Source: Ignicoccus islandicus DSM 13165 (GTDB lineage: Archaea > Thermoproteota > Thermoprotei_A > Sulfolobales > Ignicoccaceae). Taken from it: DNA of 32,000 nucleotides. A program made the position numbers and the translations under genes. Under the pieces are notes generated by a model, which worked only from the letters and a program-made list of their open reading frames with translations, was not told the origin of the DNA and searched no databases. Positions within the stretch are counted from its first letter, which is position 1. Each line of letters begins with the position of its first letter. The stretch is from assembly GCF_001481685.1 (NCBI RefSeq), contig NZ_CP006867.1, forward strand, positions 1,170,001-1,202,000, in the 5' to 3' direction. Below, one piece after another: positions 1 to 12,890 of this stretch.

Positions 1-702
1 AGGCACTTAGACATAGTTGGACCCGAAGATCTGAAGATGAAGATAGAACAACTAAGGGAAATAACTGAATGGAAAGTACCTATAATAGTCAAGTACGCTG
101 CTGGTAGAGTTGCGGACGACGTTAAGATAGCTGCTAAGGCTGGAGCGGACATAATAGTAATAGATGGAAAGCCTTCCGGAACGGGGGCAACGCCCTACAT
201 AGTAACTGAACACACGGGTTACTCCACTATGGCCGCAGTCGTGGAGGCGCACAAGGCCTTAAAGGAGATAGGTTTGAGAGACAAAGTTAGCCTAGTAGTT
301 GGCGGAGGAATAACTAACGGTGCTGACGCCGCTAAGGTGTTAGCTCTGGGAGCAGATGCCGTTATGATAGCTTCCGCAACTTTGGTTCCAATTGGCTGTA
401 CCTACTGTGGAACTTGCCACAACGGCAAATGTCCTTATGGAATTGCAACTCAGAGGCCCGAGCTCAGGAGGAGGATCAACGTTGAATTGGCCGCAAAGAG
501 AATAGAGAATTACTTACGTGCGTTAATTGAAGAGATGTGTATGTTCGCGCAACTTGCAGGAAAGAGCAAATTAAGTAACCTAGAAAAAGAGGACTTGCGC
601 GCGCTAACGCCCGAAGCCTCCCTACTCACGGGCGTTAAGCTAATGGGAATAGAACAACCAATGGAGTCGCTGCTTAAGAGGAACTCTCAGAGAGGCCAGT
701 AA
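1..702 (+). CDS. Glutamate synthase-like FMN-binding domain protein, 3' part (truncated by window start)
   Basis: The ORF is open to the left edge. It contains DGKPSGTGATPYIVTEHTG, VVGGGITNGADAAKVLALGADAVMIA and GCTYCGTCHNGKCPYGIATQ, typical of the GltB FMN/Fe-S region in archaeal-type glutamate synthase. Confidence 0.88.
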   Translation, partial: RHLDIVGPEDLKMKIEQLREITEWKVPIIVKYAAGRVADDVKIAAKAGADIIVIDGKPSGTGATPYIVTEHTGYSTMAAVVEAHKALKEIGLRDKVSLVVGGGITNGADAAKVLALGADAVMIASATLVPIGCTYCGTCHNGKCPYGIATQRPELRRRINVELAAKRIENYLRALIEEMCMFAQLAGKSKLSNLEKEDLRALTPEASLLTGVKLMGIEQPMESLLKRNSQRGQ

Positions 703-1721
703 CTCCTCAACTCCACTTTTACGTTTTCCACGTAGTGTTCCACTTCTTCCATTGGTATAGCCTCTACAGATGTCTTTTCAGAGAAGATTTGCTTCCTCCC
801 CGCTAGCGTCGCGTTTAAAGTACTCTTCGCAACAACCCATTCAACGTATCCGCCTTCTAATGCTATTACAATAGGGATTCCCATACTCTCTGCGAAATAG
901 TATATCTCGTTGATTAGCTGCCATTGGCCGTTGAGCGTTAATGAGAATTCCGCTAGCGGGTCCTCCCAATGGGTGTCCCAACCAGCTGAGACTAAAATGA
1001 GATTGGGTTGATATGCCTCTAATATTGGTAACGCGATCCTGTCGAACGCATATAGTATTTGATCATCGTTCGTCCCAGGAGGCAACGCTATGTTTACAGT
1101 ATACCCTTCGCCCTTTCCCCTTCCCTTTTGGTAAGGGAAGCCCTCGAAAGGATATAACGTTCGAGGGTCTTGATGAGTGCTTATGTAAAGTACCTCATCA
1201 GTATCGTAGAAGATATACGCTGTCCCATCGCCCCAATGCACGTCGATGTCTATGATAGCAACCTTTAAACCGAGTCTCCTAGCTTTTTCGGCTGCCAAGG
1301 CCACGTTATTGAATATACAGAAACCCTTGCCCTTGTTCCTTCTAGCGTGATGGCCCGGCGGTCTTACAGCGGTTACGGCCAAGTAGTGTTTGCCTTCAAT
1401 TGCATTCATTGCTGCGTAGCTCACAGTTCCAGCAGCCGCTAGCGCCGCTTCCCAGCTATCGCCTGATACGTAAGTATCAGGGTCTAGCATACCACCGCCG
1501 ACTTCGACCATCTGCTTAACGTAGGCAACGTACTCCGGGTCGTGAATCAAATGTAACTCTTTCTCATCTACCAAAACTGGGGAACGGACCTCAACCTCGC
1601 TTCCCAGCTCAGTTCTCTTTAAGAGATCTAGAATGGCCTTGATCCTTCCGGGGTGTTCCGGGTGTCGAAATGGAGGGGTATGTTTTAGGAACACTTCTCC
1701 AATATAAAGGGCTCTCTCCAT
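687..1721 (-). CDS. Histone deacetylase / acetoin utilization (AcuC-like) family protein
   Basis: Contains HPEHPGRI, RPPGHHA, GFCIFNNVALAA, IIDIDVHWGDGT, STHQDP, VSAGWDTHWEDP and LEGGY, the zinc-dependent deacetylase family motifs. Confidence 0.92.
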   Translation of the reverse strand: MERALYIGEVFLKHTPPFRHPEHPGRIKAILDLLKRTELGSEVEVRSPVLVDEKELHLIHDPEYVAYVKQMVEVGGGMLDPDTYVSGDSWEAALAAAGTVSYAAMNAIEGKHYLAVTAVRPPGHHARRNKGKGFCIFNNVALAAEKARRLGLKVAIIDIDVHWGDGTAYIFYDTDEVLYISTHQDPRTLYPFEGFPYQKGRGKGEGYTVNIALPPGTNDDQILYAFDRIALPILEAYQPNLILVSAGWDTHWEDPLAEFSLTLNGQWQLINEIYYFAESMGIPIVIALEGGYVEWVVAKSTLNATLAGRKQIFSEKTSVEAIPMEEVEHYVENVKVELRSYWPL

Positions 1722-1785
1722 GATTCAAGTCCAATGAGAAATGTGAGTCAAAGAAGGATAAAAAAGTGGTTTTAGATATATTAGG

Positions 1786-4143
1786 TTAACCTACAACGAT
1801 TACGCTTGTAGTATACATAGATGGCCAGAAGGCCTCTTTGCTGTATGCTATTACCTTTACGGTATAGGTACCGGAGGTCCAGTTCTGAGTTTCTTCGCTC
1901 GTTATAGTTATGGTGTACTTACCGGGTGCCTTCTCCTTGGCGAAATCGGAGTAGACGAGCTTTCCGTCAGCTGAGTAGATAGCAACGAAGACCTTAGCAT
2001 CGCTTAAGGGGGTCTTGGAGTTCTTGTCGATTACGTTAACAGTTACAGTTAACTCTTGACCTCTTATCAGTAAGGGCTTGTCAGTAGTTAGAGATGTTAC
2101 CTGTGCGAACTTAACGTTCTCGTAAGCTAGGTATTCGAATTGATCTGCACTGAAGGGATATCCCTCGTTTCTGAATGCCTTAAGTATGGCTGAATCGGTA
2201 GTTGGATCGTAAGAGTCTAGGTATAGGGGTCCATTACCTATTACCATGTGGTTGTGCTTCTTTATGAAGTCTATTACAGCTTGATAGTTAGGCTTTGGCT
2301 TGGCACCAATGAGTTCGCACATCTCCTTTACTTGCTCTGGTACTACGCCCTTCTTCGCATCATCTTCAAGGTTCTTTAGAACTATCTTTACGTGGTCTGG
2401 GTTGAGGCTGTCTAGCCATTCGCCTCCCTTAGTTTCAGCTTCCGTCGGACTGAACGCCAGTTTGCTGTTTAGCACGGACTGCTCCATAGCGTATAATAGT
2501 TCCCACGGTACGCTAGGAGCTAGTACTGAAGTTGCTGTATCCGCTAGCTCGTTGGGATCGAAGTGGCTCATGTCAGTATAGATTACTATATCGGTTGGAG
2601 ACTTAACTAATACTCCCTTGAAGTTCTCTATCCAAGTGCTATAGGTACTAGCCACGTAGCTGTCATACTTGGCATCGTCCTTTCCGCTCTTCGTACCCCA
2701 CTCGGTAACTAGATATATCCAGTAGAGCATGTCACTTACTCTAACGTTCTGACCGGTATGGAATACGCCTAAGTTCCTCAGGTTTAGTTCGACAGCATAC
2801 TTAGCCTTAGTTCCAGGCTTGACGTGAACCCACTTGTGGGTCTTGTAATCGTAAGTGATGGCTTTCTCGGGAACCTCTACGTTTTCGTAGACTTTCCAGC
2901 TCTTAGCTAAGAGCGGTATCTTGTCTCCAGTGTAGGGGTTGTTCCACATAAACGGTTCAATTAGACCTTGGTGTATTATAACGCTGTAGAAGTCTTGGTA
3001 TCCACCTACAGGGTTCCAAGCCCACTTGTGTACGTACTTAGTACCTATCTTTAACTCCTTTGCATCGCCTTCGTAAGATATCATTTCGGTCCATCTGTTA
3101 CCTATTCCGGCAGCGAGGTCAACGACAACATCCTTTACGTCCTTTCCGGCAACGAAGCCATTAATCGGAGCTACCACGAATATCCTAACGGATTCTTCAA
3201 TTCCTTTCTTCACTAGTTTATTGAGGAGTTCGTCTCTTTCGGCCTTGGAGGAGTACTTACCGCTAGCTAGGGCCTTTCCTAAGTCATCCAGTTCCTTGTT
3301 CTTGTAATTGCAGAAGGTCGGTTCGCCCCATCCCGGCATGTAGCCAAAGAAGGGCGAGTACATTTGGTATACAGTACCTTCATTGTACTTAGTCATTGCA
3401 GAACTGCCCCAGCCCTCGGTGTACAGGCTCCAAGTGTACTTGCCCGGATCGCTACTGTAGACTAGTTGGTAGGCCTTCATGAAGTCTCCATATATTCTCT
3501 CAACTTTGAATCCTAACTTCTCTAAGTTAGTAGCTAACATATCGCCTATTTGCTTCCTTATCGGATCATCGCTTCTTATCATGAACTTAATAACTATTGG
3601 CTTACCTTTGTAGTACCACTTACCGTCCTTTAGTTCCGCTCCAGCCTTAGTGAGAGCGTTAGTTATCATTTCCTTAGCCTTTTCGAAGTCATACTTGAAA
3701 TTGAATTGCGCTAGCGTCTCGAGTACGTCAAGGTAGTCCGGGTTTACTGGGGACAGCGGGCTAATCATTGAGAACCCGTAACCGTTGAGGACGTTGGTAA
3801 CGACGGCTTGCCTGTCAATGAGGTAGTTTAGAGCAAACCTCACCTCTCTTATACTGAATGGGTTGAAAGGTCCGCCCATGTCTTGGGTAGGGCACGGATT
3901 CACTAGTATGTCGTCCATACCACCTAGCGCTAAGTAGACCTTAACGTTCGGGTTCTTTTGCAACTGGGTTATCATGTATGGCGGAATGCCCCAGAAATAC
4001 ATGTCTAATTTTCCGTGAAGAACGTCTTGCACTGCCAGCGAAGCGTCCGTATACCTCTTTATAACTTCCATTTCGGTCTTTGCGCCTGGTAAGGCTAGCG
4101 TTAGGAAGGCAAAGGTAAGAAATAAGGCAAGTACCTTCTTCAT
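1786..4143 (-). CDS. ABC transporter family-5 (peptide/nickel type) solute-binding protein with signal peptide and C-terminal Ig/MG-like domain
   Basis: The start is revised from 4179 to the internal Met of MKKVLALFLTFAFLTLALPGAKTE (signal-peptide-like). Family motifs are NPFSIREVRFALNYLIDRQAVV, YDFEKAKEMI, QGLIEPFMWNNPYTGDKIPLLAKSW and IGNGPLYLDSYDP. Confidence 0.85.
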   Translation of the reverse strand: MKKVLALFLTFAFLTLALPGAKTEMEVIKRYTDASLAVQDVLHGKLDMYFWGIPPYMITQLQKNPNVKVYLALGGMDDILVNPCPTQDMGGPFNPFSIREVRFALNYLIDRQAVVTNVLNGYGFSMISPLSPVNPDYLDVLETLAQFNFKYDFEKAKEMITNALTKAGAELKDGKWYYKGKPIVIKFMIRSDDPIRKQIGDMLATNLEKLGFKVERIYGDFMKAYQLVYSSDPGKYTWSLYTEGWGSSAMTKYNEGTVYQMYSPFFGYMPGWGEPTFCNYKNKELDDLGKALASGKYSSKAERDELLNKLVKKGIEESVRIFVVAPINGFVAGKDVKDVVVDLAAGIGNRWTEMISYEGDAKELKIGTKYVHKWAWNPVGGYQDFYSVIIHQGLIEPFMWNNPYTGDKIPLLAKSWKVYENVEVPEKAITYDYKTHKWVHVKPGTKAKYAVELNLRNLGVFHTGQNVRVSDMLYWIYLVTEWGTKSGKDDAKYDSYVASTYSTWIENFKGVLVKSPTDIVIYTDMSHFDPNELADTATSVLAPSVPWELLYAMEQSVLNSKLAFSPTEAETKGGEWLDSLNPDHVKIVLKNLEDDAKKGVVPEQVKEMCELIGAKPKPNYQAVIDFIKKHNHMVIGNGPLYLDSYDPTTDSAILKAFRNEGYPFSADQFEYLAYENVKFAQVTSLTTDKPLLIRGQELTVTVNVIDKNSKTPLSDAKVFVAIYSADGKLVYSDFAKEKAPGKYTITITSEETQNWTSGTYTVKVIAYSKEAFWPSMYTTSVIVVG

Positions 4144-4339
4144 GCCAATGACACCTTCTCTCAGTAAACGTCCATTCAACGAAATATTTAAGAATATCTC
4201 TTAGGCGATAGAACACACCGATGAGGAAATGCACCTCCTCAGAAACTTAATGTTGAGATGGTAAGGTTCCGAGGGAATGAGGAAGGGATGGGGTTCCGAA
4301 TAAAGCGATGTGGAACGGCAAGTCCCTCCGACCCTAAGT

Positions 4340-4804
4340 TTACCTCAGCACCAAGAGCGCGCCATTGGATGCTAAGAATACTATAGCAGTGGCTATCGCG
4401 TTCCCTACCGCTATAGCTAGAATTACGTCCTTTTGTTTTAGACCAAGCAGGTATCCAGCCAGTGCACCGGTCCAAACTCCGGTTCCAGGCAAAGGAATAC
4501 CAATAAAGAGTATTAGACCTATTGTACCGTATCTCTCTACCTTCTCTGAGGCGTTCCTCTCGGTTCTCTCAATTATCTTATCCAGAATCTTTCTACCTCC
4601 CTTCCACGTTCGGGCTAAGATAATCATTGCCATATTTAGTATATGTTCAATTAGCACGTATACGGCTATTCCAGTGAGCGTCGAAAGAGCGTAACTGATA
4701 AGTATATATAGAGAAGGACAACGAGATGAAACTAGTAATGGAATGGATCCTCTAACCTCAACTACTGGTAATACGGATATTATAGATGCGTAGAGGCAGT
4801 CCAT
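4340..4804 (-). CDS. Small multidrug export protein family (COG2426-like) membrane protein
   Basis: Contains VVEVRGSIPLL, ERYGTIGLILFIGIPLPGTGVWTGALAGYLLGL and AIAVGNAIATAIVF. The start is revised to the internal Met (MDCLYAS), because the track start overlaps the divergent archease gene. Confidence 0.8.
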   Translation of the reverse strand: MDCLYASIISVLPVVEVRGSIPLLVSSRCPSLYILISYALSTLTGIAVYVLIEHILNMAMIILARTWKGGRKILDKIIERTERNASEKVERYGTIGLILFIGIPLPGTGVWTGALAGYLLGLKQKDVILAIAVGNAIATAIVFLASNGALLVLR

Positions 4805-4903
4805 ACAGTTCAGCCGATCTCTGCTAATCCTGCAGAATTCAAATAGCGTAAGGTTCTCTACAACTAATTTACTAGTCTCTCGAAGTTGCCATGAGGACCC
4901 GAG

Positions 4904-5338
4904 ATGCCGTGTGAAAAGGAATATGAGCACTTACCTCATACTGCAGACGTTATAGTGGTGGGTTATGGGGAAACGCTAGAGGAAGCTTTCGAAAACGCCG
5001 CTAAGGGAACGTTCGCAGTGATAACGGACGTAAATAAAGTAGAGCCTAAAGAATGTAGGACTGTTGAGGACGAAGCAGATGACCTTCAACAAGCCCTTTA
5101 TAAATGGATCGATGACTTGCTTCTTTATTTCGATAGTGAAGGAATGGTTTTTTCGAAGTTCGAAGTAAAATTAACCAAAATAGATGGGAAGTACAAGATA
5201 GAAGGGAAAGCTTGCGGTGAGAAGTTCGATCCTTCTAAACATGAATACGGAACTATTGTAAAGGCAATGACCTATGCTGAAATGAAAATAGAAAAGGTTG
5301 GTGACTGTTGGCGCGTTCAGTTCGTTGTTGATATATAG
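4904..5338 (+). CDS. Archease family protein (RtcB cofactor)
   Basis: 144 aa with the family pattern HTADVIVVGYGETLEEAFENAAKG...ALYKWIDDLLLYFDSEGMVF...IVKAMTYAEMKIEK...WRVQFVVDI. Confidence 0.93.
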   Translation: MPCEKEYEHLPHTADVIVVGYGETLEEAFENAAKGTFAVITDVNKVEPKECRTVEDEADDLQQALYKWIDDLLLYFDSEGMVFSKFEVKLTKIDGKYKIEGKACGEKFDPSKHEYGTIVKAMTYAEMKIEKVGDCWRVQFVVDI

Positions 5339-5682
5339 ACTTCTTCTTTCTTCAGTATCTCTTCCACAAGCTCTAATTTATTGTGAAGTTCTTCTAATAA
5401 CTCCACAGGTACCTTCTCCATTTTTAGTACTACTTCGTTTCCATTGATCTCTACTAGTCCGAATGCTTTAAGCTCAGTAACGAACTCTTCAATCTCAGGG
5501 TAAAGCTCACCTAGAATTTCGACCCCATTTTTAGAGAGCTTGGCGACGATCTCACCGAGCTTCGTTAGGTCGATTTTTCCGTTAATTAAGAAGAGTATTA
5601 CAGCTAGCTCCCTCGGCGTTACAATTATTCGCACACTGGTCCCTTTATCTAAGTAGTCTCCCTCGCACCCCTTATAATCCAA
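5317..5682 (-). CDS. Hypothetical protein, possible winged-helix/coiled-coil
   Basis: 121 aa ORF in the gap between archease and taw1, with plausible codon usage. Its end overlaps archease convergently. Confidence 0.55.
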   Translation of the reverse strand: MDYKGCEGDYLDKGTSVRIIVTPRELAVILFLINGKIDLTKLGEIVAKLSKNGVEILGELYPEIEEFVTELKAFGLVEINGNEVVLKMEKVPVELLEELHNKLELVEEILKKEEVYISTTN

Positions 5683-5764
5683 GGAACCCCCGTTATCACA
5701 TTACCCATTTAAGAACCACTAACTGTAAGACGAAAGTATCACTTTACAGAATCGAACCATCAAA

Positions 5765-5773
5765 CTTTATAAT
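5765..5773 (+). promoter_or_regulatory. Archaeal TATA box for taw1
   Basis: CTTTATAAT about 38-46 nt upstream of the GTG start at 5811. The predicted start site near 5797 leaves a short leader carrying GGTGAT. Confidence 0.65.
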
Positions 5774-5810
5774 TTCCGAAATGCGAACGACGAGGTGATG
5801 AGAAATATCG

Positions 5811-6848
5811 GTGAAAGCGGACGCTATTGCGCAAATAATGGATAGATTAAGGAAAGCTGGTTACCACATAGTTGGAACGCACTCTGCAGTTAAGAAGTGT
5901 CATTGGACCCACGTGGCGCTAACTCAGAGGAGGTTCTGCTATAAGTGTAAGTTCTATGGAATAGCTTCTCACAGATGTCTTCAAATGACTCCAGCCGTCA
6001 TATGGTGCTGGTTGAGGTGTCTGCATTGTTGGAGAGCCGAGCCGGGTGACTTGGGAGTTCAATGGGACGACACGGGACTGCCGGTAGTCGATGATCCGGA
6101 GTTTATAGTAGAGAAGACGATCGAAGAGCAGAGGAAGATAATAAGCGGTTACAAGGGTCACCCCAAAGTTTCCCCAGAAATGTTTGAGGAAGCTATGAAC
6201 CCAAAGCACGTTGCAATTAGCCTTTCTGGAGAGCCTACGTTGTATCCTCTCCTTAGCGACCTAATTGAAGAATACCATAAGAGAGGGATGACTACCTTCC
6301 TCGTAACTCACGGTGTCAGGCCTGACGTACTGGCTGAGTTAAATCCCGAACCAACGCAACTATACTTAAGCTTAGAAGCGTGGGACGAGAAGAGCTTCAA
6401 GGAATTCAACCGGCCAATCTTGCCGGGTCTATGGAACGCAGTCTTAACTTCCCTAGACCTACTCCCCAGTTTCTCTTCTCCTACGGTAATCAGAGTAACT
6501 CTCGTGAAAGGCTTTAACGACAAACCCGAGGCGTTGAAGGGGTTGGCTAAGTTAATAGAAAGAGGATACCCAACGTACGTTGAAGTTAAGGCATACATGA
6601 ACGTAGGTTACTCGAGATATAGGTTGACGAAAGAGAACATGCCTAGGCATAATGAGGTTAGGGAGTTCGCCGAGAAGCTAGCTGAAGAGATAGGCTATAA
6701 AGTCTTGGATGAACAAAGATCCAGCCGCGTAGTTTTGCTCTCGAGACTAGATAAGCCCATAAGAGTGGGTGAAGGTTGTCCGGGAGGCAATGCTGGAGAG
6801 GACTTACCGGAAGGCGAAGAATACAGGATGAGTGAGAAAATAAAATAA
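5811..6848 (+). CDS. taw1: tRNA 4-demethylwyosine synthase, radical SAM (TYW1/Taw1)
   Basis: GTG start. Contains CWLRCLHCW (CxxxCxxC), RFCYKCKFYGIASHRCLQMTPAV, NPKHVAISLSGEPTLYP and YVEVKAYMNVGYSRYRL. Confidence 0.95.
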   Translation: MKADAIAQIMDRLRKAGYHIVGTHSAVKKCHWTHVALTQRRFCYKCKFYGIASHRCLQMTPAVIWCWLRCLHCWRAEPGDLGVQWDDTGLPVVDDPEFIVEKTIEEQRKIISGYKGHPKVSPEMFEEAMNPKHVAISLSGEPTLYPLLSDLIEEYHKRGMTTFLVTHGVRPDVLAELNPEPTQLYLSLEAWDEKSFKEFNRPILPGLWNAVLTSLDLLPSFSSPTVIRVTLVKGFNDKPEALKGLAKLIERGYPTYVEVKAYMNVGYSRYRLTKENMPRHNEVREFAEKLAEEIGYKVLDEQRSSRVVLLSRLDKPIRVGEGCPGGNAGEDLPEGEEYRMSEKIK

Positions 6849-6884
6849 AAAGTATTGAGAAATTTCTATTTTAATAAAATAGTG

Positions 6885-10474
<3,590 letters not shown>

Positions 10475-10550
10475 TTTAACATTCCAGTTGGCTTAGAGGC
10501 GGGGAAGCGAATATAACTGATGAATCGGTGCAAATATAGGACGAAATGCA

Positions 10551-10832
10551 TTGGACGCTTGGAGGAAAACTGCCGAAGAGTACTTGTGGATGGCCGATAT
10601 ACTTAGCACAATGGGGAGGTACTCAGGAGCTCTACTCCTTCTCTGCCATGCATACGACGTATGCATGAAATGGCGCAACGGTGACCAGGATAAGACACCG
10701 TTCAAATACGTCCCTAAGGAATGCCCGACATTAATATTCCCCTCTGGGGACGAGACTCCAGAGGACCTAGTCACGCTAGACCACGTAATTGAGATGAGCG
10801 CCAAAGTAAAGAAGTGCTTAGGTCTTCAATGA
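10551..10832 (+). CDS. Small helical HEPN-like protein
   Basis: 93 aa: AWRKTAEEYLWMADILSTMGRYSGALLLLCHAYDVCMKW resembles the helical repeat of HEPN/TPR-like small archaeal proteins. The family call is weak. Confidence 0.45.
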   Translation: MDAWRKTAEEYLWMADILSTMGRYSGALLLLCHAYDVCMKWRNGDQDKTPFKYVPKECPTLIFPSGDETPEDLVTLDHVIEMSAKVKKCLGLQ

Positions 10833-10890
10833 TGTGGAATCCGGGAGCCGAGCCATAACAAAGGGCAATGAAGACTAGACTCGCAGCTGA
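10829..10890 (+). ncRNA. Candidate C/D box sRNA
   Basis: C-like ATGATGT, 12 nt, D'-like CCGA, 15 nt, C'-like AATGAAG, 13 nt, then D box CTGA. It overlaps the 3' end of the upstream ORF. Confidence 0.3.
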
Positions 10891-10902
10891 GGGAGTTTAG
10901 GG

Positions 10903-11958
10903 TTGTTTGGGCTCATGGGAATAGCTGTAGAGTACGCGTTAGCCGTCTTTCTTCCAATAGCTGCTTTACTAGCCTACTTCTACCTCGCTTCATTGAGGGC
11001 CCTTCTCTTAGGTTCACCGAGAGCTAAGAACTCGGTTATACTACTTGGAATGACGCTATTGTGGTTGTCAGCTATACCGGGTCCAATAGTATTCATTGGA
11101 GCCTTTCTAGTTTCAATAGTCCTCTTTGCGCTCATATGGTGGCCCAGAATTGGTAACAAAAGACCGTCCATTAGGGAATTGCTTAGATCAATTAAACTAT
11201 CGAACTTGAAGTCGAAGTTCCGTGAAGGCTGTAAGAGCTTTGCTGGGTGTTTAGTGAGGTACGTCCTATCCTGGCCAGCCGGTGCCGTCTTCGCCGTAAC
11301 GCTTCAAGGCATTCTCTCGCCCCTAGTGATGTTCATATTAGGATATGAAGCCAACTCGAACGTAAACTTACCCAAGTTCGTTCAAGAAAATAAGTTAGCC
11401 GAGACCGCTAAGAAGATATTGAGGTACTTAATGGCTTTAATCGCTTGGGCGTTCGCAATTCTAAATATCATTACTAACGTTCTAATGCCCAGATGGATAA
11501 TAGTCCAAGAAAAGATCGTTAGCGGAGAAGTGAAAGGGTTACCGCTAGCAGCGAGACTCCTCTCCCAAGTTATCGGGAAAGAGGCATCCTACGTTTACGG
11601 GGTACTAGTTGTAATCCTTGCTCTGTATACAGCATATAGGGCATATCAATACGTTTCTAAACGTCTCAACGATGCCTACTTAATAACTATCCTGAGCCCG
11701 TTCGTAGCGTTCGCGATATCTGCTAACAAATTAGGTGAACCTTTAACATCGATAGGTTACGCAATTGGTATGAGCGTGGCTTTAAGACCTATCAGTCTCC
11801 CTAACGCAAATGTAATGAAAGGACCTGCTAGGATTAAAGAGATAACCGTTAAAGTGACAGAAAGACTAGGTCGAGCCATATTGGAATATGAGGTTCCGTT
11901 AGGACCGTTAGCTTGGTTGCTCGGGGTGGCGGAAAATGGAGGAAAGAGAAATAAATAA
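10903..11958 (+). CDS. Polytopic membrane protein of unknown function
   Basis: 351 aa with multiple hydrophobic segments. Its 3' end overlaps the next ORF. Confidence 0.75.
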   Translation: MFGLMGIAVEYALAVFLPIAALLAYFYLASLRALLLGSPRAKNSVILLGMTLLWLSAIPGPIVFIGAFLVSIVLFALIWWPRIGNKRPSIRELLRSIKLSNLKSKFREGCKSFAGCLVRYVLSWPAGAVFAVTLQGILSPLVMFILGYEANSNVNLPKFVQENKLAETAKKILRYLMALIAWAFAILNIITNVLMPRWIIVQEKIVSGEVKGLPLAARLLSQVIGKEASYVYGVLVVILALYTAYRAYQYVSKRLNDAYLITILSPFVAFAISANKLGEPLTSIGYAIGMSVALRPISLPNANVMKGPARIKEITVKVTERLGRAILEYEVPLGPLAWLLGVAENGGKRNK

Positions 11959-12604
11959 GCTAGAGCTGGCGGTAGACATACTACAGTCAGTAACCAAATG
12001 CAGGACTCAGAACTTAGCGAAGGCCATGCAAACCCTAACGTTCACCATCTCATCCTTACTTCTGGCCTTCGTCCTCGCTACCCCAAGTTACAAACTAATA
12101 TCCGTTCTTAATTCACTACCATCAACCACTCTGTTCCTTACTTTGCTTACGTTGTTCGGGCTATTCAAATATACAGCTTCGAAGAGCTTTACCTACATAA
12201 CTACTATTTCTGAGATACTAGGTGTAAACGTAAAATCGCGTGAATACCTTGAATGTCTAATAGCGACCTTACCCTTAGCGTTGGTGAGCGATATATTCTT
12301 ATATAATAGAATAGGCTCGCTCTCTATAGTTCTACCGTTCATAGGATTCTCTATAATAAAGTTCCTTACGAGTAAGGACGAGAACGCAAGAATGGGAAGC
12401 CTAGTCATGCTAGCTCTTTCAATGCTTTCATCTGCACAGAAGTCAAGCGCCATTGCTTTAACCCTCTCTATATCACTAACACTCAGTGGGATACTAGAAT
12501 CACTACTCTATATAGAGGAGGCTGAAAGGTGTGCCACCGAAGCCAGAGGGCAACAGCGCGGAGGCGCTGAGGAGGTTATTGAAGCTACGAATGAACCCGA
12601 CTAG
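11936..12604 (+). CDS. Membrane protein of unknown function
   Basis: 222 aa with several hydrophobic segments. It starts 23 nt inside the upstream ORF, suggesting translational coupling. Confidence 0.7.
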   Translation: MEEREINKLELAVDILQSVTKCRTQNLAKAMQTLTFTISSLLLAFVLATPSYKLISVLNSLPSTTLFLTLLTLFGLFKYTASKSFTYITTISEILGVNVKSREYLECLIATLPLALVSDIFLYNRIGSLSIVLPFIGFSIIKFLTSKDENARMGSLVMLALSMLSSAQKSSAIALTLSISLTLSGILESLLYIEEAERCATEARGQQRGGAEEVIEATNEPD

Positions 12605-12890
12605 AATGGCTATATTGCTCTATCTTCTCGCAAAAGGTAGAGTTTCGTTCACGGAACTTTATCGGGAACTCAATCTAACTCCGGGAAACGCGTGGAGCCA
12701 CTTGGAGAAAATGGAAAGGGAAGACCTTGTGAAAATAGAGAAAACGTTCACACCGAAAGGTCCAGTAACTTACGTAATCATTACGGAAAAAGGATACGAA
12801 ATAGCTGAAGAACTCGTCGCGATCTTGTCTTCCCTAAGCAAACTTGGGGATGTGATCCCTAGCGGATCGGAGAGTTCCGAAAGCTCTTAA
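12531..12890 (+). CDS. Winged-helix DNA-binding protein
   Basis: RMNPTRMAILLYLLAKGRVSFTELYRELNLTPGNAWSHLEKMEREDLVKIEK...VTYVIITEKGYE is a classic wHTH pattern. Confidence 0.82.
   Translation: MPPKPEGNSAEALRRLLKLRMNPTRMAILLYLLAKGRVSFTELYRELNLTPGNAWSHLEKMEREDLVKIEKTFTPKGPVTYVIITEKGYEIAEELVAILSSLSKLGDVIPSGSESSESS

Noticed and set aside
3941-4475. Minus-strand ORFs 3941..4234 and 4239..4475
   Set aside because: One lies out of frame over the binding-protein N-terminus. The other overlaps the COG2426 gene end and a likely non-coding gap. Neither has recognisable protein features.
10493-10804. 103-aa minus-strand ORF
   Set aside because: The plus-strand 93-aa helical ORF at 10551-10832 has better composition and a domain-like pattern.
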